A DNA stretch of 63,993 nucleotides, filler included, from Globobulimina sp. (GCA_003354225.1; 8 parts of 8 records of this genome joined end to end with filler, not necessarily neighbours in it), one strand, 5' to 3'. Positions 21,401-34,562 are shown, numbered from the whole stretch's first letter. Translations and numbers: made by a program. The notes: generated by a model from the letters alone, not told the origin.

Positions 21401-23752
21401 GGTGGTTTATCGCAGTATATAATGCCGCAAATAAAATCCGCGGTGACCAGCACCGATTTGAATGATATTGCTTTGATTGACCGCTTGAACCATGGCACAC
21501 CGATCAAATTATGGGGTCCTCCCTGGCGGCAAGGCCGTGTGCTATGGAAATGGAACGAGAATGATTTAGTTTGCATTCAGTTAAACCAACAGCGACTGCA
21601 ATACGCACAAACGTACCATGTGAATGACCCGAAGTGGAAAATTGAGATTATTGCAGACAAAGCGCACGATATCGTGGACATACGGCCGCCTTTACAATTT
21701 ATTATGGCCAAATCGAAGTATTTAGCCATTCCAAATCATATTATCAATGCTGGCATATTGATACTATCGGAGGGAGAGTCTGAGTATGAATTGGAAGAGG
21801 ACGCAAAGGAAGAAAATCAAAACAATGCGGAGGATGGTGGGGAGATGGTGGAGATATTAGATTTGGCGAATGCTGATAGCACCAAACATAAACGACAGAC
21901 ATTGAATAAAATTAAGATCATTAAATTAGAAAAAAGTAAATTAAAACGAGTCTGCGCCAAACGGAGAAAGAAAAGGAAGGTAAAAAAGAAAAAAAAACAA
22001 GGGATTGAGGTGCGTGGTGTTGAGGAAGGCAGTATTTTTTATACGAATGATAGGATTGGTCTTAAATGGAAGTTAAATCGGTGTGTGATTTACGATGAAG
22101 AGGAGGAGAATGATAACATTTTGACTGAGAAGGCGTTTAATATTTATTTGGAATGTAAGAATTTTCAATGTAACATGCACGGCAAAGTTGAGTTGGAAAT
22201 TGATAAGATTTTGTTAGCAGCGCAAGTGCCGTTGATTGCTAATTCGGATTTGGAGTATGAGTGGAATGGGGAATTACCGATTTCATTCTTAAATTATGAG
22301 GAGAATGACGAGGATAATAATGGCACAAAGTTAGAACAGGCGATCTGTTACATTCGTGTTGTTTATATCAGTAATAATTATTATTGTTATCGGTTGAATG
22401 GTACATCGAATGTGTTTGAACTGCGGAATGAAGAGACGCAAATAATAGATATCCGGCAGAATAAAAATGAAAATGAAGAGAAAGAGAGTGACATTGAAGG
22501 GAAAGAAATTGAATTTGAAGATGATACCGAATTGAATGCAAATGAGCAAATACATAAAAATGACAATGGCGCGTTTTGTATTTGTGGTGCGATACAAGAT
22601 AATATCGAGGAGCCTGTGGATGGTCCCATTGATTTTGGGAAAGATGAGAGTAATATGGATGGTGTACATAATATACGTGATGTGAATGAGAAGAATGAGA
22701 CAAAGAAAGTGATTGAATGGATCCAATGTGATTTTTGTTATTGTTGGCAGCATATTGAATGTTTAAACATTGATAAGAACAAAGTGGATAACAACACGCA
22801 ATATAAATGTGTATGGTGCACTGATAACGATGATGGGCAACAATTGCAATATTTCAATAATTCAAAATCGGTAAAAATGCTTAAATTCATTAAATATCTA
22901 TTTGCTGCGTCAAAATATCGAGGGAAACGGTACGGATTTTGGTATGGAAAAAAAGAAAAGTTTGATGAGGATGAAAAATATGAAAATGTAAAATATTTAC
23001 AAAATTTATGTATTGCTCGTGGTGTTGATTCGAATTCAAGTGATATAAATGTATTACAATCAAATTTGACATATTGTTCGCGATTTGCGCGAACACCGTT
23101 AGTTTTATCCAATTTTATGTGTTCTTTGTTTGGGATAAATTGTAATCAGAGTATAAGCACAAAGAATGACGATGAGATTGAGAATGAGGATGATGAGTCG
23201 TTGAATTGTGTGGATTTAATGGCTGGGAATGGAAATATTACACAATTTATTGCAAAATATCACAAGATATTGGCTGTAGAAAGAAAGGAAACACGATTGG
23301 AATCTGGAAAACATTTGGTTTCAAATGCAAACTGGGTTAAAATGGATGTATTTTCGAAAGAGTTTATTGTGCAATATGTGATTGATAAAAGTTATGACAT
23401 TGTTTATTGTAATCCAGATTTAAATAATATTATTCCAGCCATATATATCGGACTAGAAATGATAAAAAATAGTGAGTATAGGAAGAAATGTCTAATTTAT
23501 TTACTTCCGGTGGATGTATTTGAGAGCAATTCATATCAATGTCGGTTGTTTCGCATTTTAAATTGTCACATTGACAGAATGTATCAAGTTGGGAGATGGA
23601 ATTATTATGACCGAGAAACATCGCATCCCAAAAGTATATGTGATGGAGTATGGATTATTAAACCTGGCAAGAAATCATTTAAATATTCATTCAGATGTTA
23701 TGATGTTAGAACAAACCTGAAATTAAGCTCAAAATCGCTTAAAACTGACTAA
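18471..23752 (+). CDS. Nuclear multidomain protein (~1730 aa): Tudor/Agenet-like repeats, Cys/His zinc finger, PHD finger and C-terminal SAM-dependent amino-methyltransferase; exons 18471-19121 and 19211-23752
   Basis: An 89-nt phase-0 intron GTATTC..AAAAG joins the two ORFs. Lys-rich NLS-like tracts; IGRSVRVYW..WYEGTIQS (Tudor); FCICG..WIQCDFCYCWQHIEC..YKCVWC (PHD); VDLMAGNG (motif I) and YDIVYCNPDL (motif IV). Confidence 0.8.
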
Positions 23753-24083
23753 ACATTTATACCTCTCAAAACTGAGGATCTTCAAACCAAAAAATAACAG
23801 CAACAACACAATCTTATCCTAGATGCCTTGTAATGTGTTCCTATGGGATCCAGGATTGCCCCATTCACATATTTGTTGTTGTTGATTATTTTTTGTTGTT
23901 TGAATGGCCTCGATATTACTTTGTACATATTTATTATACATAACATTAATTATTAACATGTGATAGGGGGCAACAGAGGCATTGCTGTTCGATGATACAG
24001 ATGCAACATGCCATATGCAATATGGGTCCTGGCGAAAGAGGCAGGGTAGCATATTCAAATTTCGGTAAAAAAATTTCTTAGTG

Positions 24084-24183
24084 NNNNNNNNNNNNNNNNN
24101 NNNNNNNNNNNNNNNNNNNNNNNNNNNTTAATTAATTAANNNNNNNNNNNNNNNNNNNNNNNNNNNNNNNNNNNNNNNNNNNN
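24084..24183. other. Artificial contig linker
   Basis: 44 N + TTAATTAATTAA + 44 N. Confidence 0.98.
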
Positions 24184-24288
24184 ATCGAAACGGGATAAAA
24201 AAACATCCCGAGTTTTTTTATCAAGAATTTTATGATTTCATTTTCTACTAAGTAGGCCTGCAGTTAAAAGTTTGTTCACATTTATATA

Positions 24289-25956
24289 ATGTCACTTGTT
24301 TTCAATACAACAGTTCAACATATTGCATTATCTGATGAACTAATAACAACGCAACAAGATACCAACGATGAGCCAGAACCTATCACCAAACAAGTGCATC
24401 AGAGTCAGACACAACACAGTCAACACTGGTCATCTTTCATATGCTATATTATCCCTGTTGCTTTGGTGAAGATAACAGGATCAATTGTTAGCAGTTCATT
24501 ACAATTAGCCATTCCATTATACGCCATATCTAAATACCCATCGCATTCCAATACAATTGCTGGAATTATTATTACTTCGCAAGGATTTGGTGTCCTAACT
24601 TCATCCATATTCGTTGGAAGATTTATATCTTTAACATCCGATGAATTCTGTATCTTATTTAGTATTATGCTACGTACATTGTCTATAATTTCCGTCTTGA
24701 TTTACGATCACAACTTAATTGTTTGGATTGTATCATCCGTATTCTTTGGATTATCCATAGGCTCATTGTCAATATCAATCAACCATATTTTAGCCAAATA
24801 TATCAAAACCAAACAGCGAGGAAGAGTGTCATCAACGATTGCTGGCTTCAGTCGTTTGGGGCGAGCTATTGGACCGTTATATGTTGGCTACATCACCGAA
24901 CTCCGAATATCATTATTAATCTCTTGCACTATCTCATTTTTATCGTTTTTCATTGTTTGCTGCATAATGTTGCCACCAAATATAGCCATTAATACGATAA
25001 ACAGCCAAGATACAGATGGCTCATTCATTTATTTTAAACAGGGTTGGAAACAAACAAAATGGAAGAAATTAAGTGTTAAAAATTGGATGCATTCGGCAGA
25101 CAAAAAGAACGAGAAACATAAACATGTTGAGATGGGAATGTGTTATGTTTGGCTGAAATACGGAAAATTAATGTTATTGTATGGCATATTTGGATTTGGA
25201 TTGCGATGGGTTCGTCAAACGAGGAAAATGATCCTAACCTTTCGCGGAGACGATTTATCATTGTCCAATGGCAAGATTGGTACTATAAATTCAGCGAGTT
25301 TTATTTTGGATAGTTTTATGTTTCTCATTGCTGGATATGTTATGGATAAATATGGTCGGAAAGCCACTGCAATTCCTGGTTTGTTCTTGTTTGTTGTAGC
25401 ATTGAGGTATATTCTTATTATATACATTGATTGTTTTCTGTGCAATGCATAATAATATACCTTATAAAGTACCATCCATTTTGTGACTAATTTTGTTGAA
25501 TTATTATGGATTGCGATCTTATTTGGCTTAGCCGATGGTATCACTGTTGGATTGATGATGGTAAGCACTGCGGATTTAGCACCGGCTGAATGTAAAAGTG
25601 AGTTTATTTCAGCATTTAAAATATTTACTAATTTGCCGCGAGTGCTGACACCTGTTATTGTTGGATATTTATGTAATGAGGTCTCCATATTTGCTGCTTC
25701 AGTTTTAAGTGCAGCAATTGGCGCCATTGCATTATTTTGGATTGTATTTGTTTTGGAAGATCCAGCCAAAGTTTCACTCAATAACAATAATGCCAATATT
25801 GCTGAGAATTGTAACAGTGATATTAAAATGCATCCGATGGAGCAAAATAATAATAATGGTCAAGATGTACAAGATGATAATACAACAGTTTTGGAATCGC
25901 CTCAGATTAACATGTTGGATCAACGATTGATGAGAGTACATGGATCTGTGATTTAA
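24289..25956 (+). CDS. Major facilitator superfamily transporter; exons 24289-25406 and 25470-25956
   Basis: About 12 TM helices, motif A GYVMDKYGRK, QRGRV..G..IGP and a 63-nt phase-2 intron GTATAT..TAAAG. Confidence 0.88.
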
Positions 25957-26310
25957 CCAGGTCCGATAACCGGGCCGATGACCTGGCAACATGGAATTGA
26001 TGATATGACCTAGTAATAATATATAACCTGGTCATCTTACCTGGTATATGAAAATGATAGATGTTACCTGGTCATCTGACCTAGTTAGATTACCAGGTTA
26101 ATTAGACTGGATAATATATTTTTGTATTGTATATACTTTTTTGTTTTGTTTTGTGTGTGTTTTGTTTTATTCACAATGTGCTAATTCCTTGATCCAATCA
26201 CGCATTGACTAAGCTGAAGTGAGACGTGATGCACTAAAATACAAAAGTTTTTTAAAGTCGAAAGCATTGCAGTGTCAAGGCATTATTGTCAAAGTATGTT
26301 ATTAATTTAA

Positions 26311-27969
26311 TCAATGGATTGCAGCATCATCGTCAACATCATTCCCATCATTTTTGTTTACATTGGAATCGAATATCTCAATTATTTTAAGTATTTTATC
26401 TCTGCTTTGATGCGGATAACACTCAGCGATCATCTTATAAAATCTTGGATTTTCAGGTATTTTTTTATTATCAATAATACATTGATCATAATATTCTTCT
26501 ATTTTTTGTTTGAATCCATTTTTCATATCAGTGCCCAAAAAATCTTTCTTTTCATCACGATATGATTGCTCCAATGCCAATGCAGTCGATACATTCCACG
26601 CTGCTAATTCACAAAATACCTTTCGTTTCTTTAAGGAACCTTTGGAACCTTTTTTTAATATCTTTTCATAGACATATGATCCACCTCTCTTTGGATTCCA
26701 TCCAGATACATTTTTCTTTCTTTCAAATAACTCAGAATGTACCAAATACACAACATCAACACAAATAATAAATAACCTTAATTAAAAAAGTAAACAATTT
26801 TTTACAAATATATTTCTACAGATATCATACATCCCATATCGAGCGGTTATTTTGCCTCCAGATATTACAATCTCTTTATCCGTATCATCCAATGTGAATT
26901 TATCCAATTCACCACATGTTGGTGCAATATCTAATATTGTTCGTTTTGAATTTGTTGTTGTTGGTAATTGTTTGAATTTATTTTTTTTAACAATAGTTGT
27001 AATTGTTTGATCTGGCACAACACCATTTGGATTCCGTGATGAATGCTGTTCATACCAGACAGCCACATTATGCGTTACCAACCTAAAGAATTGCCGATAT
27101 CCACTTTGCTGCATTGCCAGTGCTTCGTGCGGTGTTCTATCAGTCAACCAAAATAATTTATTTTTCCCCATCTCATACCTTCCATATCTGGAAACACTTT
27201 TTCTTAAATGTTCAATATCACCCAAATGCCCAATAACATCCCTATCATTATGCATTGTCACTTTACAATTCCAAACAGCACACGAATTATCCACATTTGA
27301 TGCCAAATATAAACCATCAACAGGCTTATCTTCATAATGTCCCCTCCCCCACGGATGCCACGATCCCACCGAAGGGTTATATGGCGGATGGAATATTTGT
27401 TGACAATTTCCAGCACCAACAACATGGGACACGTTTTCTTGTTGACCAATATCGATATTTCCAGGACATTCGACGTGTAAACCAGGCCTTCTTTGCGTTC
27501 TTCCTTTCTCAACAAAGGATTCTTGCACTGTTAAATAACAAATTTTATTTAATTGCGTGGAATCTGCTCTTAAGCAATCAAGAATTATTGGAAAATATGA
27601 TTTGAGATTGCTTGGAAGTTTTGATTTTCTAAATGTTTTACTCATAATAAATGGCATCATATTTATGTTTAGAAATTTTGGTTTTGGAAATTTAATATTT
27701 TCCCAACTTTCAGATATTTGTTCGACTGCTGTGACCTCTAAAACATACGTTTCCCAATAATGTTTATTGAAATCTAATGCAAATTCCCATATTGCTTTTA
27801 CAATAAATCGCATTCCTCGCAAACTCGATAATATATTATCATCGTCGTACACTCCCATCAATAGAATACGAGCTATTGTTTCAAGGCGGGTTGTAGCGAC
27901 TAGGTAGCCGTTTTTAGGAGTATATAACTGCTGTGTTTTTTTCTCGTCTGTCTGTTGTTGTGTTGCCAT
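26311..27969 (-). CDS. Double-stranded beta-helix (2OG-Fe(II) oxygenase-like) protein; intron near 26830-26777, acceptor uncertain
   Basis: QRRPGLHVE (HxE), TDRTPHEAL (distal H) and YRQFFRLV (R). Two same-strand ORFs are separated by intron-like sequence. Confidence 0.55.
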
Positions 27970-28221
27970 TATTTGTACGAAAAACCTCAAGTATTAAACT
28001 TGAATTTAATAATTAAAAGTTAATTGTTTGTTGTAATTTCTTCAACAGAAACATACACAAAACAAAATTAACAGGAAACAAAACACAAAACCGACACAAA
28101 ATAACTAATTAAAAGTACTTAATCATTATCTATGCTGTTTCATTTGCATACGATATGCAAATATAGCACACAGATAACAAATTACATCTAATACGATATT
28201 ATATGAAATATGAATTCAAAA

Positions 28222-29241
28222 TTACAAAAAATATGAATGTTTTGCAATCTCTTTGATACTTATTCGATATTCTTCTGTGGTGAATATTTTTGCCATTAAA
28301 TCAAGTATGTCTTCGTCCACATATTCAATTCGCTTACTTTTCGTTAATAATGCAATAAATTGTCCATTTATAATTTTTTTAAAACACGGATCATAAATAA
28401 CAGGCATTTGATATGGTGATAAACCAACAATTATCATAAAAAAACAGACACCAAAACTCCAGACATCTGCTTTTTTTGCATTGAATGCATATTTATTATG
28501 AAAAATTTCAGGTGCGAAATATAACGTTTTCCCACAATATTTGTTACAACAAAAACTAATTTCGTTGCTCGCACATTGTGTTGATGTAAATATCTCTGCC
28601 AATCCAAAATCAATCAGCTTGATTTCAAACTGCTGAGTAATTCTCATTTTGCCATCGATACCGTCAGGAACCAATATCAATGCATTATTAATTACAAAAT
28701 TATCCAAAGATAGGTCCAAATGGCAACAGTCCATGCTATCATGCAACCATTCTAATAAATTTATAATTTGTTTCATAGCGTTTTTGCAGAATGTATGCCA
28801 TTCTTTGATTGACAGCAAATGTTTTTGTATCAATTCATGGCATTTTACTACAAAGTCAAAAAGACATTTGCCACCATCTTCCATTACTAGATAGTAATTG
28901 TATTTGTCATAAAAAAAATCTTCGTATTTTACTAGTGATGATGGCGGATTATTTGCAGTTAAATAATGTAAAATTGATGTTTCATTGATAATGTTTTCAG
29001 CAATTTTGATTTTTTTACCGGATGTATTAATAGTAATTGATTTTTTATGTAGGGATTTTTTTGCAATTTTAATTATATACTTTTTATCTCCCTTTGCAAC
29101 CCTCCAAATGCACCCTTGTAATGTTTGGGCAATCCTTTTTAATGGAATATATCCTTTGCTTTTAATATGTTCTTCAACGGAGCATACAATCTGAATAATA
29201 CAAGTTTGTAATATCAACCTGTTCAAAATAAATGGCAACAA
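28222..29241 (-). CDS. Ser/Thr protein kinase (CAMK-like, atypical Gly loop); 5' end uncertain
   Basis: IIK, HLDLSLDN, IDFGLAE, YFAPE and DVWSFG motifs. No ATG at the frame start, so an upstream exon is likely. Confidence 0.85.
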   Translation of the reverse strand: MLPFILNRLILQTCIIQIVCSVEEHIKSKGYIPLKRIAQTLQGCIWRVAKGDKKYIIKIAKKSLHKKSITINTSGKKIKIAENIINETSILHYLTANNPPSSLVKYEDFFYDKYNYYLVMEDGGKCLFDFVVKCHELIQKHLLSIKEWHTFCKNAMKQIINLLEWLHDSMDCCHLDLSLDNFVINNALILVPDGIDGKMRITQQFEIKLIDFGLAEIFTSTQCASNEISFCCNKYCGKTLYFAPEIFHNKYAFNAKKADVWSFGVCFFMIIVGLSPYQMPVIYDPCFKKIINGQFIALLTKSKRIEYVDEDILDLMAKIFTTEEYRISIKEIAKHSYFL

Positions 29242-29411
29242 TAAATCAATAATGGCTTAACAGTGGGTTTAAAATATAGTTGCATTGGAAACCAGCTGGC
29301 GGACTGTGTCTAACTAAGATTAAAAACAGTTTAAATGTAACATTTTGTTCTTGCAAAAAGTCCGTTCAATTAAAGGCGTTGCACATAGTCAATTGGGAAC
29401 AGCCAATTTTA

Positions 29412-30740
29412 TTACTCTCCACTTTGCAGCAATGATTGTCTAATTATATCACATCTTGTTTTGATACGTTTTATCCGGCTGTAATATTTATTCCACAGCT
29501 CAAAATTCCATTTTTCTAACAGAATATGCTTGCAATGTTCCTGCGTCATATTTGAATAAGAATCATTATTATATGTTTCATTAACAAATTGCTGTTCGAA
29601 TTGTTTGACGTACCAATGATCCTCGTTCATATTTGTTTTGTTCAATTTTGAGTCAAATTCGACCAACTTCCATGGCTTTGGTCCCATTGAAAAATGCCAT
29701 GATATGGCCTTTCCATATTCTCTCAGTTGCAGATAATTGCATTCATACACAATTTGATTGTAAAATGGAGGCAATAATTTAACATTTGATATATTTGATA
29801 TTCTATTCATTCTTTTTGCTTTTGGACCAAAAAACAGATACTCATAAAATGTCAGCTCCGATGTATCATAAAGTTCTCTCCATAATGCAATATCGCTGCT
29901 GTTTATGCTATATTTCTGTATTTCTAATATCCTGTTAAAAATAGTTTTGTTTGGTTTTATCAAAGTAATGCCACCGTTCAATAGCAATTTATTTTTTCTC
30001 TGTCCAGTTTTGCCGGTCATGGTAGAAATTATAAAATCAAAATCATCACTAACATTAAACAAATGTTGTATTGACTTCACATAAAAAACATCAGTATCTA
30101 ACATCAATATTGACTTATAATCTTTAAATTGTTTCTCTTCATCAAACAATAATAATTTATTGAATGCCATTGTCCAGCCATGAGGATAACGGCCAACATA
30201 GATATTCTTTTTATATTCGTCTGGAATTTTGATTAAGTCATTTTTGATTAAATATTTAATATCAAAATTATTGTCATTCAAAGTTATATTGTCATCGATA
30301 TTACTTTCAATTATTAAATGCTTCAGTTGCGTTACAAACAGTTTATATTTATTTTCATGTATTAATTCCGCGTAATATTTGGGTTTATCAGACCAGAATA
30401 TATGCATTGGATATGCGTATGTGTGGTTAGCAAATGAATCCAGTTTAAATAAATTCAATGTCAGTAGTACTGCCCACATAAAACTCTCACAAGTTGAGCA
30501 CACAGAACCGTATACTGAATGTTTTGCTGCAATCGAACTGTACACAGACTCTAATATTGATTTGTTTTGCAGCTCATAAACGACAGAGTTGACAGTTATT
30601 AGTTCAATTGCCATTGGTTTGTCATTTACAGGATCAATGATCACACCATTGATAGTATGCATCGTCATAACCACTATGATGAACATAAATATAATCAAAA
30701 TCACTATCAACCTTTTATAATCTCTAGAGGCGACAGACAT
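29412..30740 (-). CDS. Type II membrane glycosyltransferase, family 8-like
   Basis: N-terminal TM, FNKL, DxD (LDTD), NGG and HFSMGPKPW. The usual DQ motif reads SE. Confidence 0.75.
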   Translation of the reverse strand: MSVASRDYKRLIVILIIFMFIIVVMTMHTINGVIIDPVNDKPMAIELITVNSVVYELQNKSILESVYSSIAAKHSVYGSVCSTCESFMWAVLLTLNLFKLDSFANHTYAYPMHIFWSDKPKYYAELIHENKYKLFVTQLKHLIIESNIDDNITLNDNNFDIKYLIKNDLIKIPDEYKKNIYVGRYPHGWTMAFNKLLLFDEEKQFKDYKSILMLDTDVFYVKSIQHLFNVSDDFDFIISTMTGKTGQRKNKLLLNGGITLIKPNKTIFNRILEIQKYSINSSDIALWRELYDTSELTFYEYLFFGPKAKRMNRISNISNVKLLPPFYNQIVYECNYLQLREYGKAISWHFSMGPKPWKLVEFDSKLNKTNMNEDHWYVKQFEQQFVNETYNNDSYSNMTQEHCKHILLEKWNFELWNKYYSRIKRIKTRCDIIRQSLLQSGE

Positions 30741-30797
30741 GGAAATCAAACTGAAGCTGGAACTAAGGAGAAGTGACTGGCGAAACTCAAGGAAAAT

Positions 30798-31767
30798 TCA
30801 TTTGTGGTACAAAAACTGTGAATGAGAGTTAATATTATATCCTGTTAAAATATTCCATTTTGTCACCGATGCCATTTGTATTTGCATGTGGGGGGAATTA
30901 TAAAATGATACTGCAGGAATAACCTTATTCGGTAAATCTTTGTATACAATTCCAATATATTTCTGATTGTAATATAAGCAAACATTGTTATTATTTTTTC
31001 TAAAATCAAAAACCAAAGTAATTGTATCGCCTGCTTTTTTCACAATTTTTTGAGTGTATACTTTTGTTTCAAAATTATTCACATCGCCACCATATGAATA
31101 TATATAATCATAAATAGAAATTGAAAATTGCATATCCCTATTATCTTGACCCAGATATTTATGTCTCCAACATTTGATTGATTGCTGTGTTGGATATAAA
31201 ACAAAACCCATATGAAACGAATACTGATTCGATTTCAACTTTGATTGGATTTTAAGGCAGTTGTGTACTTAGTGTCGTATTTGAGTTTGAGAAAATAATA
31301 AAATGCTGACATTCGTTGACAAAGCAGCCAAAAACTGTCTGCCTTGGTCAATCATATGTATACAGTGATATGAATAAAAGTGTTGAATGAATCTGATGAA
31401 TAGTCATAGATTCATTTGGATAAACCCGAAAACACAAGAACACCGATCTTAAGTACACAACTACCTCAATTTCCCATTCAATTTTTTTGTAACCATCATC
31501 TGGCGATAATATATTGTTAGAAACTAATAACGCAGTCTGATAACGCTTGTGTACTGCACATGCGCAATATTCAACAAATTGGTTTTCTTTTGAAAATGTG
31601 AACTCAGATAACGAGCACAGTTCAGAATTAAATTCAAATCTAAATTGATACAAATAGACCATTGTATAAATATCTTGTGGTACCAATATATCCCGGATTT
31701 GTCTGATGTATCCACTCAGCATCAAATGCATTTTGCTTGTTTTCATCTCTGGAGTTGACTTTGCCAT
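30798..31767 (-). CDS. SPRY/B30.2-like protein with N-terminal L.GY.R..P.DI module (two ORFs; spliced or disrupted)
   Basis: HLMLSGYIRQ..VPQDIYTMVYLY, IEWEIEV, GDTITLVFDF and PAVSF; same architecture as 59002-59676. Exon junction not resolved. Confidence 0.55.
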
Positions 31768-31912
31768 GATTTTGACGTTTTATTTAGCCAAGACAAAAAA
31801 ACTTACTTTCTCTCACTTTGTGTTGTTCAAACAAGCAAATGCAAACAAATCAATGTACGTGTCATTATAATCAGGTAAAGCGTGAAGTTGGCAAAGCATA
31901 TTTACATAAAAA

Positions 31913-32127
31913 TCAGAAAAATCCAAAACAATTACAACTTTTTGGTGCAACAACTTGTGTTTTATTAACATCTCCATCTGTTGTAATAGTGGAAGAACTC
32001 GATGGTTTTCGCGCAATCTCTGTGCGATCGCTTTCATTCTTTTGATTGCTTGGCTCCTCCTCAATAATTGGTGCATGCCATTCGTTTTCTTGTTCCTCCT
32101 CTGTTTCATAAATGTCGTGTTCTTCAT
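31913..32127 (-). CDS. C-terminus of an unknown acidic protein (5' partial)
   Basis: A frame open from the contig edge reads EEHDIYETEEEQENEW..APKSCNCFGFF*, which is more protein-like than the listed 31813-32127 ORF. Confidence 0.45.
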
Positions 32128-32227
32128 NNNNNNNNNNNNNNNNNNNNNNNNNNNNNNNNNNNNNNNNNNNNTTAATTAATTAANNNNNNNNNNNNNNNNN
32201 NNNNNNNNNNNNNNNNNNNNNNNNNNN
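32128..32227. other. Artificial contig linker
   Basis: 44 N + TTAATTAATTAA + 44 N. Confidence 0.98.
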
Positions 32228-34343
32228 TTATATTGCTGCAAAAAACAAACAAATATTATACAAGTTGCAACCGATCGATTATCCGTCGTCTATAGATTTT
32301 AGAGCATTGCATATTTTGTGTGCACAGATTGAATCGCAACAAAATGATATTACATATTTATCATCATTATTAACGACCATTTTTGGTTCGCCATCGTGTT
32401 TAAATCAATCGTTTATGACAAATATAAATTGTTATCGACATCAATATGGAACCGGCATTGATTTCGATGCCATGGATAAATTATATCATCGCATACTTGA
32501 TATATCACCAATTTTAACCAATCGTTTAGTAAAATCATTGTTGACTTTGGCTCGAAGGGCTTTGAAATACATTGAAGATGTGGATGAAGCCGTCAATTTA
32601 CGTTTTTATTTTTTAATATTAGCATACCCTGACATTACAAATCCGGGATTCAACCATCAAATTATGAAGCAATTGAATGATTTGATTCGGAGAATAAAAA
32701 GAAGCAAACCATTAATTTTCAAGCAGTTGACAGAATGGATAGCATCGTGGTCGTTGAACACACGCAGTTATTTATTGAGGTATATACAAAATTAAATAAT
32801 GCAAACTGTACATATCTAATATGACAATATACAAATTGCATTATTTAATTGCTGTACATGTACTACGTTCAGTAAATTGGAAGAATGTATGATTATGTAT
32901 TTAGAGATAAAAAATAAGCCCGATCACTACATTGCATTTATTTGCGATCCAATTCAAATGATCTACGAAGCAAATGAGCGGCTTGAACAACATGAAAAGA
33001 TCCCGTATCATAAATTTTATAATCGGACATTAACAAGAAATGGTTATTTAGACTTTAAAACAGATTACGCGCAATGGATCCAATCCTCTCACAATACTTA
33101 TAATACCTTCTCCTTTTGCGATTATCCATTTTTGTTGGACCCCGTGGCCAAAAGAAACGTATTGAAAATCGAAAAGGATGCGAGCAAACTGGCGCATTCC
33201 CGGCCAAATCTGCAACAAATGTTCCAAATGGGCGGCATGATGGGATTGGGCCGACCTTTTATGTACAATCCATTTTTCGTGTTAGCCGTACGTCGCAATT
33301 ATGTGTTACAGGATACTTTATCATGGATTGTGTCCACCGCACAAAATGAGCCTAATAACTTTTATAAAGAATTGAAAATAATATTTGACAACGAAGAAGG
33401 AGTGGATCAGGGCGGTGTAAGGAAGGAGTTTTTTCAGTTAATTATCAGAGAATGCTTTGATATAAAATATGGAACGTTTGTCTATAATGAAGAGACGCGC
33501 TGTTATTGGTTCAATAAGAACGCATTGGAGCAGCCGCAGGAATTTATGTTTTTAGGTATCATTATTGGCTTAGCCATCTATAACGGAGTCTTGTTAGATA
33601 TTCATTTCCCGCCCGTTGTTTATAAAAAAATGTGTGGTGAGTTGCCGCTAAATATGCACGATTTGAAAGGATTTGATCCGACGATTTATAAATCAATGCA
33701 ACAGGTCGTGGAATATAAAGGAGATATTTCCGAGTTATGTTTAAATTTTAGTGTTGATTCTATGAACTGGGATAAGTTGGAGACACATAATTTGATTGAG
33801 AATGGGCAACAAATCGATGTTAACAATGAGAATAAACAAAAATATGTCGAATTGTTAAGCAATTATTATTTAAATGATTCGATTAAAGTACAATTTGATG
33901 CATTTTTGCGTGGATTTAAAAGAGTTTTGTACGGGAAGGCATTTGATATGATTTCAGTCGGCGAAGAATTGGAATTATTGATTTGTGGCAATCAAAATTT
34001 AGATTTTGATGCGTTGGAAGTGTCATGCAAATATGAAGGTGGATATAACAATGAACACAAAGTAATTCGATGGTTTTGGGACATATTACATTCATTTAAT
34101 GATAATGAGAAGAAACAGTTTTTAAGATTTTTCAGTGGATCAGATCGAGCACCACTTCGTGGATTGGGTAAATTGGGAATGTTGATTCAAAAAGCGACTG
34201 GAGATAATTATAACGGTCAGCAATTACCCACTGCTCATACTTGTTTTAATGCATTGCTGTTACCGTCATATTACACAAAGAAGTTAATGCGAGAAAAAAT
34301 ATTAGCTGCCATTCAATACAGTGAAGGGTTTGGACTTAAATAA
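32228..34343 (+). CDS. HECT E3 ubiquitin ligase (HERC/UBE3A-like), 5' partial; intron 32780-32872
   Basis: FSFCDYPFLL, EEGVDQGGVRKEFF, catalytic LPTAHTCFN, C-terminal EGFGLK and a 93-nt phase-2 intron GTATAT..TTCAG. Confidence 0.93.
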
Positions 34344-34562
34344 ATAAATAACGAGTTCACGTTATACAGATTTCATTCTTTCAAACATTTGTCGATCCCA
34401 AAATATTTTTACTTCAAATATTTTCTCGAAAAAAAAACATTCGAGTGTTGACATCTAACCTTGTTAACAACCAAAAGACAAACAAACGTACCTCGAACAA
34501 AGAGACAAACAAACCATCTTAGCATTCATTTTACAGAAACCTCGTGAATTTTCTGATACATA

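Noticed and set aside
28142-28162. Hairpin ATTTGCATA-CGA-TATGCAAAT between two genes
   Set aside because: A 9-bp AT-rich stem occurring once; could be chance, and no supporting element features are nearby.
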